Positions 54,301 through 64,000 of a DNA stretch of 64,000 bases are shown piece after piece. The stretch comes from Cystobasidiomycetes sp. EMM_F5 (lineage: Eukaryota). The DNA lies in NCBI GenBank assembly GCA_051047955.1, contig JBPGPT010000014.1, forward strand, positions 248,001 to 312,000, in the 5' to 3' direction. Both the position numbers and the translations under genes were made by a program. Each line of letters begins with the position of its first letter. The stretch's first letter is position 1. The notes under the pieces were generated by a model. It was not told the DNA's origin. It saw only the letters and a program-made list of their open reading frames with translations, and did not search any database.

Positions 54301-57300
54301 GCGCTGCCGTAACGAAGACACTCGGTGTGACCGCGTCTTTGTTGCACTGCAGCAGGTCAACAATGTCTGCGCATATACTCCTCAGAAGCGGCTGAAATAC
54401 AGTCAACGGAGGGACATACCAGACGCAATTGAGCCATCGGTTTCTAAGCTTTCTCTGAATGTATCGAGTACGACACAGCTGGTGTAGACCTCCTTCAGTG
54501 GATCCAGATTGCGCGACGAGTCTTGATGGTCGAGATACTCGGCAATGTAACGGATAGCCCTTTTTTTGACAGTATCGCTAGAATGATGCTGCAGGATGTG
54601 CAGACAGAGTTGGCAACTGCTTCGACACTGTTCAACGGAACCCCCGTTTGTCTTCCAAATAGCTTGAAGGGCTTGCTGCGCTGGTACAGGTGATCCCGAC
54701 GTAAGTGAATGCACGAAGTCGAACAATGATTTGGCGCAGCCTGTCATTTCATCTGCTCCAGGCGAGCGTGAATCGAGACGGCCTACAAGAGCGTATACAG
54801 CTGACTGGGTAGCATTGGCGATCACCAGAGCCTCCCTGCGCTTTGCGGGCGATTCGCACATTTGAGCCACCTTGACTACTTGGTCTGAAAGGGCTGTCAC
54901 TAGACATAGACAATCTTTGTGACCACAGAGGCTGATGATCAGGTTCTGCATGAAAGCGGATATGGCCCGCAATTCGAGTTCATACGTGTCATTGTGGGGT
55001 GCCCGACTGAAGCGATGTTGCATTTGTTCGAAGACCGTTGCTAAAAGAGGGGACGCTGTGTGACCACGCAAGCTAGCGCAAGTCTTGGACGTATGCGGTA
55101 CTAACGCAGCTAACTGATCGACATATCTGTAGGGTGTGCTCATGCAACGTTGTATGCACGAGTCGATGAAGTTCAGGACGATACCAAGATCCTGTTCTTC
55201 AGGAGCAGACATAGCAGACAACCAAAGTGCAGGTTCTGACGTGTCGTGATCAAACAGGAGGGAGCTTGATAGAATTTGTTTGGCTGCTTTTCCAGCCGCC
55301 TGCCCGAGGAGACTAGTGCGGGAAGCGAGATATATTTTGAAGATGCTAGCCAGGGGAGATTGCCCAGTTTCACTGGCTTTATGCCACGCCCAAGTCAGAC
55401 TGCCTTCCTTGTCGGTGGATGTCATAGGCGGAGCAATCAAGTCCAACAAAGCTGCTTGTCCTATGGCGATGATAGGTAGTTGATCAACATCGGCAGGGTC
55501 CGGGGAGAAGAACGGCGTTGTGAGCAGTTTACCGAAGTCAAAGCGTAGGCTGGCAAAGGCTCGCGGGTCTAGTTGTCGATAAAGTCGCAAAGTCCGCAAG
55601 ACCAGCGAGAGAATCATTGTATTGTCTTCCGGTTGTCCATCACCATCTTTGTCCTCGGCGTTGGAGACCGAAGCAACCGAGCCAGCTCGGCTGAACACAC
55701 GTCCAAGACCTTTCTGAGCGAGCGCGATAAGTATTTGTAGCTCTGGCAAGCGCTCACGGATCGCCTCTTTGAATTTTCGAGAGAGGGTAATCCAAGCGTC
55801 TTTACCTTCAAGCGTACTTTCGAGCCGCACGCGATTCTGCAGACAGTCGAGCACAGCATCTGCTTTGACCAAACTTGCGAGCAGGAAGCGACATGTGAGA
55901 TAGGTGACAAGCGGTGTTGTGGAGTATTGCTGCAAGGCTTTTGATACCCATAGCTTCCCATTTGTACCTGGGATAGTGCAACAATCTAGGAGAGTGGCGA
56001 GAGATGGCAGCGCGGCCTTCTCGACGTGATGCTTTAGATGCTGACTTGATTCGCTCGGCAAGTGGGTGTCCGCATGCAAGGTACTCGGCAATGCAGAAGA
56101 GACGATGCGACTTGCGAAGCCAATGCTTGTGATCCAACGACTAGACAGTCGCGGTTCGAGACTGGGTACGAATCTTGGCCAGAAAGTACCAAGAAGCTCA
56201 GGAGCGCACGCCAGGACATGCAATGCCATTTCAGCTTGCGGCTCGGAATCGGAGAAGTCGAGACGACCGATCAGAGACCCAAGAGTCTTGCGCTGTACGG
56301 GTGACATGCCATTTGCGCCCCTCGGTGGGCGCGCTAGAGCTAAGATAACGACATAGAGAAACCGCTGCGCGCTGCTGTAAACTAGGTCAGAGGGAGCTGC
56401 AGTATCAGGCACCGTCGTCTCGTATATTTTGATAGCTTCAGCCCATGCATCCTCCGCTAATCGACAGCGAAGATCGACAGGAAGTCGCGGAGAAGCTATG
56501 CAGATACCCATCGTCTCCAAGACAGAATCAATTACCTCGATAGGATCGTCCGACAGATTCTTCCAGATGCAAGAGATTACTCCCTTCGTTGAAAAAATGT
56601 CTGTCTGAATCGTAACAGACATTGTTGGGGAGCAGAACAAGCTGAGAAAGTCCAGCATGAGGTGTCGTATGTCTGAAGAGGTTGCGGTCAGTGTCAGTAC
56701 GCTGTCGGAAACATTCCGCTTGTGAGAGCGTGAACAAACCTGCCCGTCTTCCATGCTTGGTGATTAGAGGGACCTTGCGTTTGGTCCCAAGAAGGCGACA
56801 AATGACTTTACTGTCTAGATTGAGAGATACCCATACTTTCCGAGCGGTGGCATTTCTTGCCGAGCTCATCCGAATCAGATGTAGGAGGGCATTGAGCATG
56901 TCCAGAGCTGCAGTTGCAAGTTCATTCTTGCCTTGCTGGTGAAGATACGGCTTCACGTAGTGCAGCAAGCCAACAAGTGACGAGACAAATTTTGCAAGAG
57001 TACCTTGGTACGGAGATCCGATGGCAGCAAAGCCAGTCGACGAACGAGTGGAAATCGATAACAGCGTCGCATATGTTTGCAGGACTGCGACTGTAAGTGC
57101 AGTGTTTCCAGCTTGGTCCCCACGCTCCCACACTGCAACGAGAATCTTGAGATCTGCATCTTTTTGCCAGTATTCCAAAAAACCATTGTATGCAAGGTAG
57201 ACTGGATCATTGACCGTTTTCTTGGCTGAGGTAGCTGCGACTGCAGCTTGTTCACGAAGGATTCGACAGAATTGTAGAAGAGCTGGTCGAGGAATTTTGA

Positions 57301-57517
57301 TTGAGCTAAGGCTTTATTGAATGTAAGAACGAGGACACTGACCTGTAATTGCACCAGGTTCGCCCTTGTCGCCCTGTATGCCTTTCAGTAATTCTGGCCA
57401 TGTCGGCGTTGTGGCAGCCTTTTCGACAATATTTTTGGCCGACCCAGCCTGTGACGTTTCTGGGGCCGAAACTTGGGCAGCTGTCTCAGCACGCTTCCTT
57501 TTGGCTGGCGTAACCAT
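51313..57517 (-). CDS. URB1: Nucleolar pre-ribosomal-associated protein Urb1/Npa1, multi-exon
   Basis: Very large helical protein with DIRHLMLDFL, CIQRCMSTPYRY, SPLLATVFEQ, LYGGTLSCADQAIL, DPAFMLP, PEHFSYPLIQRFLLSRPVLDVKDVPLLYNLFYSS and ERRWL. Confidence 0.88.
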
Positions 57518-57651
57518 TTCTCAGCTCATTCATCAGGCGGATTGTGGAGTTCTTCAAAGCTCGGACTGAACGACCTCGATTGCGTCGACACTTGGATTGA
57601 TCAATTAGGGTCGGCGACTCGAGGGTCTTTGACGTGACAACTGCCAACGAT

Positions 57652-58543
57652 ATGGTTCTCCTGACTGTTTCGCCTGACCTGAGAGCCCGAGTGACAAGAT
57701 TGGTGGAAGATCACAAGAACGAACTGCCGCTGGAGTTGCTCGACATGGTGCAGCAGCACCTGGAGAGCCAGGACCGCCGTCGAGAATGCGTTCCGCACAA
57801 TCTTCTGGCAGGAATAGGGAGATGGAACAGAACGAGACCCTGTAAATCGTGAATCAATCCATACCCTTCTCGACTCTAATTCCCGACAGAAACTAGGCCC
57901 GAGCGATGCTTACACACTTCGGGCATTAGTGCAAGGCGCCCAAGTATATTTGGAACCACCTACAGTCAAAGAAAGAGTATGTTCACTGTTCCGTCCAGTC
58001 GACGAGCCTGTTCTGCTCGTGAGCTGACGACTCCGTGTTCGATAGTCTCCGGAGCTCGAAGCTATCCTTGCGCCAATACGTCTAGCGCAAGAAAGGACAG
58101 AGTATGCAGCTTTGCTGTCGTCAGCAAAGTACGAAGTCTCAAGAAACGACGTACATGACCCTTCCTCGTCCGCTTTCGCCGCAACTCTGGCTGGCGTTCC
58201 CTGGGACGTCAAGACAGGAGCGGGGCACACACTCACCGTCAAGCAAGAGTGGGACTCCATACGTAAAGAGCTTAGTGCAGTCTTCAATGTACTGGCTAGC
58301 ATGGCTGCAGTTGCTACAGCTGTATGGTGGGCAAGCGGAACGACACCTGTCGTGCAGGTATGTTTCCGTCTGTAATCTCTGTTCATACTACCGACTAACG
58401 TATATATGCCATGCCAACAGAAGACGCTCATGTCGCTATTTGGTGCTTTCGGTATCGCTGCCGTTGAAGCATTCCTGTACGGCCAACATTTCAACAGGCA
58501 GTCTGCATTTTCAAAGCCTCGTAGGTCGCGAACATCAGGATAA
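57652..58543 (+). CDS. VMA12: V-ATPase assembly factor Vma12/TMEM199-like, 4 exons
   Basis: MVLLT start, LVQGAQVYLEPP...R/SPELEAILA, EWDSIRKELSAVFNVLASMAAVATAVWWA and a second TM LFGAFGIAAVEAFLY. Confidence 0.82.
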
Positions 58544-58827
58544 AAGAGTGTCGCAAGCGTCTGCAAAACGTTGAGAGGCCGGGAGCTGGAATGCCACTTT
58601 ATTTATTAGCGGTTCCACAACGAGCGTTAGTCACAGCTCCTGTATGGTAGGCCCGGCCGCATAGTCATATATTTGTCGATTACACGATAGGTAGCCCAGC
58701 TACGAATTTTTTCAGTATGCCATTCTCCGCTTTCGTTGTTGGCTGCGCATCCGGACCTGAAACGCTTTCTGTGTGCTGAGACTGGACTTACCCTTCGTCT
58801 TATATGACCGGCGGAGACAACCAAAGC

Positions 58828-59478
58828 ATGGCACGCAAACGCAAAGCAGATGAAAACGCCTCTCCAGATGTTCTGCCGTTTACTCATTATGCCTTTTTGA
58901 GAGGCGTGAATGTCGGCTCATCAAACCGTGTCACAATGACTAGCATTAAAATCATTCTCGAACGACAGATGTACTTGTCTGGCTTCAAGACATATCTGCA
59001 GTCAGGGAATGTCGCACTATCCTTCAAATCCCCATCTGACGGAACCGCAGACTCTAACAACGTACGCAACCTCTTGGACGCGCTGCCAATACCAACTATA
59101 ATACTTACAAAGCCCCAACTCGCGGAGATTGTCCAAGTAGAGCGTCTCAAAGGGCTCAAGGATCTGCCGCACGACTTTGACGCCAGCAAATTGCTGGTGC
59201 AGCTGTTTGACAAACGCTTAGAAGCCAAACAACAGGACACCGTCCTAGACCTATTTCACAAAGACGGGCATCACGGCTGTCTACTGCGCCCTCAAGACAG
59301 AGACGACAATTTTGGAGTATCTACCGGGGGCGATTACGATGCTATTGCTCTCTGGTGTCCTGATGGCATCAGTAGAAGCCCTTGGTTCAAGATAAAATGG
59401 GACAAGCTGTTGCCGGGGCTAGGATGCACAGCAAGGAATTGGCGAACACTCAACGCTACACTCGCACTCGAGCCCTGA
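58828..59478 (+). CDS. DUF1697-family protein, intronless (alternative start 58804)
   Basis: Signature YAFLRGVNVG..NRVTM, FKTYLQSGNV and C-terminal TARNWRTL, characteristic of the mainly bacterial DUF1697 family. Confidence 0.85.
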   Translation: MARKRKADENASPDVLPFTHYAFLRGVNVGSSNRVTMTSIKIILERQMYLSGFKTYLQSGNVALSFKSPSDGTADSNNVRNLLDALPIPTIILTKPQLAEIVQVERLKGLKDLPHDFDASKLLVQLFDKRLEAKQQDTVLDLFHKDGHHGCLLRPQDRDDNFGVSTGGDYDAIALWCPDGISRSPWFKIKWDKLLPGLGCTARNWRTLNATLALEP

Positions 59479-60223
59479 GCACAAATTAGCTAGACAGCAG
59501 ACCAAACATATCCAAGCATCGACGCAACGTTCAAGCCGATACGCGGATACCTCTTATAGACTGCTTACAGCTCGGCGCAAGCGTGTTGCGAATCTCGCAC
59601 TCGACCCTGACAGAAGACGGGTTCACACGCACAAATCCCCTTAGGCGCTGCTGGCAATTTACGAAGTCGGAACCACAAGCGGTACTTGGAGGCTATCGGA
59701 ACACTCAGAGGACGGTCAACTGTGTCTGCGCTGGTGTTGAGCTAAATCGCTGTCAGTGTATTGGGAGACAGATAGTTGAAACACTGGTTGATTTGAAGGC
59801 TTCGTGGTGTGTTCGAGCGACGTGCTGCCGATTTCGAGCATGTGTTTGGTGAATCATATATCATTATAGTGATGAGCAGCTTGGACGCTCGCTGCGAGCT
59901 ACAATGTGAGATTTGCTATGAACCTGGGCGACAACGCAGTACGCGAAGAAACAGAAACGGAATCTCGGACAGTAGTTTACCAATCGCAGCGTGGGTTGTA
60001 CGCGCTACGACTGGAGATATATCCATCCTGTTGTTGACAGAGCTAGAAGCGGACTGGGCAGAATTTGAGCGAGCGGCCACAGAATGTCGGTGGTTTGAGC
60101 GTGCGGGTGAGCGAGAAGGGCTTCTGTCGAGAGATCTGGTTGACCAGAAGTAAGCATGAGTGCTGCAGTCTATCGGCAGGCAGACTTGTCTTTGTTGGCA
60201 GAAGAAAAGGCTGGAGCGGCTCT

Positions 60224-60229
60224 ACGCGT
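60224..60229. promoter_or_regulatory. MCB-like element ACGCGT upstream of DPB2
   Basis: Perfect ACGCGT about 45 bp before the DPB2 ATG, with further ACGCG cores at 59941 and 60000. Confidence 0.45.
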
Positions 60230-60274
60230 CCGTGGCAACAATCGCGGTCTGGCTACAGTCCAATCAACAAAATT

Positions 60275-62426
60275 ATGGGAACCACGACGACAAGGTCGAG
60301 GATATTGAAGGTGAGCCGCTACGAGCAGAGTCTGGTGGCCTCGACTGATTGGCGGTGGCTCAGATATGGTCCAGCAAGTATGGCCTGACATTGACGCCAG
60401 ACTCTCTGTCATGGCTGGAGACCATGGTCGACCACTTTGGGCTGGGCGACGTAAACGATAACGATGCTCTGGAAGCGTTCAGAGACGCTATGGAGAAAAT
60501 GGCAAAGAGCTACACTGAAGATCTCGAGCAATATTCACAAATTGTCAATGTAAAAGAGCTCGAGGAGGTATATGCCCGTTTACAGGCACTGGAAGGCAAC
60601 GACGATGCGGAAGACGACGACAATTTGCAAAGCGGACAGAATGGAGATGTCGATCCAAGTAATCATATCCGCATAATCGATGCTTTCTCAATGCCATGGC
60701 TGCATTTCGACGGAGAGAAAAAGACATTCTCACATCATGCTATACAAGGCTCTTCAACAACGGCGAGAAAGAAGCCCTCCCTTGCTGGCGCAGCAGACAG
60801 CAAAGCGGCATATCTCAGAGACAGATTCAACATTCTCAAACAGGTCATTCTTCGAAACGAACACTTCTCCCCTCCTGCATTGCCTGGACACGACAGAGAG
60901 AATTATATGAAGGTAGGTGCCGCGATACGCGGTCAAATTACCGTGGTTCGGTACGGCCATTCAAAGGCCTTACGTTGCTTCTCATTCACCAGCTTACAAG
61001 CATAAAGAACCTCTTAGGCAGACAAGGTGGTCATTTTCTCCTGTTTGGCATGTTGACCCGTACAGAGGATGGATCGTTTGCATTGGAGGATCTAGACACT
61101 AAAGTGGAGCTCGACTTGTCGGAAGCATCTCCTGCTAGCGGCATGTTCACAGAAGGCTGTTTCGCTCTTCTCGACGGTCAGTACACAAAAGAGTCTATCT
61201 TCAAGGTGTCAGAAATTGGACATCCGCCTAGCGAGACGCGCGAGACGACTAGAAGCATATACGGACATGTCGACTTTTTGGGTAGTGGTGCCATGACCTT
61301 GACCGAAGAAGCCAAGTTCAAGGCGAGCGAAATCCAACATCCAGAGCAGTTTCTGGTGTTTTCAGATCTCCATCTGGACTCGCCTAGGGAGCTCTTGCAG
61401 TTCAGAAAAGTACTACAAGCGTACGAATCCTTTGTTGAGGAACGGCCGCCGGCGCTCTGTATCATTTGCGGTAATTTCACATCCACTCCTATTAGCTTGA
61501 CAGATGGCAAAGGCCTGAGGGAATATCAAGGTAGGCAGCCAAACCCGTGATATAATTGCGTAACCTCCTGACATGCTATGGCCAGCTCACTTCTCCGCAT
61601 TTGCGGATCTGCTCTTGAGCTACCCACGTTGCGCTCGAGATATGCACTTTGTTTTTGTGCCAGGTCCGACAGACCCATACGACGTAACGAATACGCTCCT
61701 ACCAAGACGCGGGCTCCCTACTGCACTCGTCAAGGATGTCAAAAGTAAACTTCCCAAAGTCAGCTTCCCCAGCAATCCATGTCGTATCATCTACAAGTCA
61801 CAAGAAATCGTCGTATTCCGAGAGGACCTGATGAGCCGCATGTTGCGTAATACAGTTCGCTTAAAGACCGACCTTGCCTCCCTGGCCGACGAACAAGCCA
61901 ATGGCCCTGATCAGGAGGATATGGCAGAACCCGCAGACAAGGGTGATGCGCGGCGAAAGATTTTGAGTCAATTTGTACGTGGAGAAAGAGTGCATAGCGT
62001 GCCGCCCAGCAGATCGGTTACTGAGCGTTACCCTTGAACAGCTTGTACAAACTATTCTTGACCAGTCCCACTTGGCACCATTGCCGTTGTCTGTCAGACC
62101 CGTTCTGTGGGAGTTTGACCAAGCCCTACGACTCTTTCCCTTGCCAACGGCGGTACGCAAATACTGGCTGAGCCTTATGTCACTAGACTGAACTTGTGAC
62201 ATAATGCCATGTGAACAGATCATCTTGGCAGACAAGTATTTGCCATACGAGGTGACGTACGAAGATTGCCACGTCTTCAACCCTGGTGGTTTCGCCGGCT
62301 CAAATTACACTTGGTCAGCATGTACGTGTCGGATTGTGTCACCGTCGCTGCTGCATGGAAACTGATCTGCTAGAATGATCAGATCTCACTGAGAAGCGCA
62401 GGTCAGAACAGAGTGGATTTGAATAG
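60275..62426 (+). CDS. DPB2: DNA polymerase epsilon subunit B (Dpb2/POLE2), multi-exon
   Basis: [128 protein letters not shown]. Confidence 0.96.
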
Positions 62427-62642
62427 TACTTGACTGCTTGTCATGTAGAGAAAATGCAGAAATGTGTCAGTATGTTGTTGTATAAGGAAGCTTGCGTGAC
62501 TCGAAACCGCAAAGTCCGTCCTGTAGAGCCTGACGTCGTAATTCCGCATAGCGATGGACTGCAACGTCTGTCCGTCTCAAGAGATTACTCCATACTGGGA
62601 ACGCGCATTTGTTTACACGGTTGTATAACGATTTGCAGATTA

Positions 62643-63390
62643 TCACTCCAGCTGACCGGGGAAGAATTGCGAAAACAAAGTCAGAAGCCGTTCAATATTA
62701 CTAATTAAAAATTTGACATAACTGACCTCTTCCAACTTATTTGTGGATGTTGGTGCTGCTTGGCTGCCATCTTTGCTTTCGTCAACCTCGAATGTATCGA
62801 CCAGAGCCTTAGCGCGGGAGACCGTCAGATTGGTAAATGGACACGACGCAGTGAATATCATCTCACGGGAACATCATCGTCATCTGGCTCCTTTTCTTTG
62901 CCAGTGTTACGCCCAGCGTTGGCATTGTACTGTTCTGCCATCCGCCTTAGCGAAGCCAGACTGTCTGGACCCAATTGCGATAAGATGCCGGGCACGAGCT
63001 CCGTTAGATCTTTTTGTTGCCCGTTGCCATAGATAGCGTAGGTGTTGGCGTTGACCGCAGCATGCACTGTATGCAGGGATTTACGTTTCACAGTCGATTA
63101 TAGTGGTCGAAGCGTTTTGTATCAGCAACGCTGCAACTAAAGGTCGTACGCTGCAACAGCGACTGACCTTTAGGCGCAGAGAAGTGCAGCACTGTGCCGT
63201 CCTCCTGGAACATGTTGACCTCCTCGAGGCCGGCAATAGGCTGAACACCCAATTTCTTGAGCGAGGCAGATAGTTTCTTGTCGTCGCCCGATCCTGCGGC
63301 CGCTGCCCGCACTGGCTTACGGTGCACGGACGAGCCCTTCTTCGCAGCCGACGCTTGCGCTTGTAGCCGTTTGATCTTTTCGAGATCCAT
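62643..63390 (-). CDS. EGD1: Nascent polypeptide-associated complex beta subunit (Egd1/BTF3), 4 exons
   Basis: [12 protein letters not shown]...[53 protein letters not shown]...[27 protein letters not shown]...DDDVP/ALVDTFE...KLEE/LE*. Confidence 0.96.
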
Positions 63391-63530
63391 GGTGAGTAGT
63401 CAATTTGTCAACAGCCAAGGGCCGACTCATGAGCATGACGTTGATTTTCTCGGACGACAGTACAAGACTCCAGGCTCTCCTCTACTCTACCCACATGAAT
63501 CTAAAGTTTTCGTTTGCCTACACTTTTCTA

Positions 63531-64000
63531 TTACAGATTCCCCATTTTTGACTTCACATCGTCCACATCTTGCGTACTCTTCTCGCCTCGATGCAATGCG
63601 CTCTGGCCAGCTTCAGACTCTTTGACGTCCGCATACTTTGGACGCGGTATTTCTGTAGCAGATTTACTGTTAGCCTGAGGAATACGACGGGATGTTCCAG
63701 CAGACGAATACGCCATACCATAGCTTTCGGTTGTACGCCCGTACGAAATGCCGCCAACCCTCGAGACTGGTCGAAAGCGACCTATATCTATTCCTCCTCG
63801 GGGGTTGATGATGTCTTTGCGGACGTGGAACAGCTTGACACGGCCTGGCAGCATTCGCTTTAGCGGATTTCCCCAAATTGCGGAAGATACAGAGCAAGAC
63901 ACACCAAGAACGACTGTTCCTGTTACTTTCTCAGGCTCCGAATCGGAGTGAACCTGTTTCGCCAATCAGTCAGGCTACCAGGGGGAAAATGAACCGCCTA
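63531..64000 (-). CDS. Flavin reductase-like FMN-binding (flavoredoxin-type) protein; 3' part only
   Basis: TVVLG/RVKLFHVRKDIINPRGGIDIGRFRPVSRVGGISYGRTTESY/EIPRP matches the flavin-reductase-like C-terminus. Confidence 0.78.

Noticed and set aside
59869..59940. GTGATGA box C-like motif suggesting a C/D snoRNA
   Set aside because: No properly placed CTGA D box, terminal stem or recognisable rRNA-complementary guide.

Overview
Gene-dense, intron-rich eukaryotic DNA of about 50% GC, with short GT-AG introns and CTRAY/CTGAC branch sites. Protein features point to a fungus, most likely a basidiomycete yeast (inference). I can support 30 protein-coding genes, most of them housekeeping: MTR4 (partial), PGI1, an S9/DPP5 peptidase, TRM82, HIT1, ERV1, COQ6, a divergent H3/H4 pair, complex I NUXM, SEC61-beta, a Cid1-family nucleotidyltransferase, PMP3, OXLD1-like, LYS2, UMP1, a Zn2Cys6 factor, TUL1, URB1, VMA12, DPB2, EGD1 and a partial flavin reductase. 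I saw no mobile elements, rRNA, tRNA or CRISPR arrays. The most notable items are: an intronless bacterial-type DUF1697 gene; a PMP3 gene split into 8 coding micro-exons that the ORF track misses; a zinc-finger Cid1-like terminal transferase with Arg at the Cid1 His336-equivalent position; a degenerate caleosin; a four-copy GGTGGCG motif in the histone promoter; and a PGI ending in PTS1-like HKL. I found no clearly novel multi-gene system. Splice models and family calls were made by eye, without database searches.
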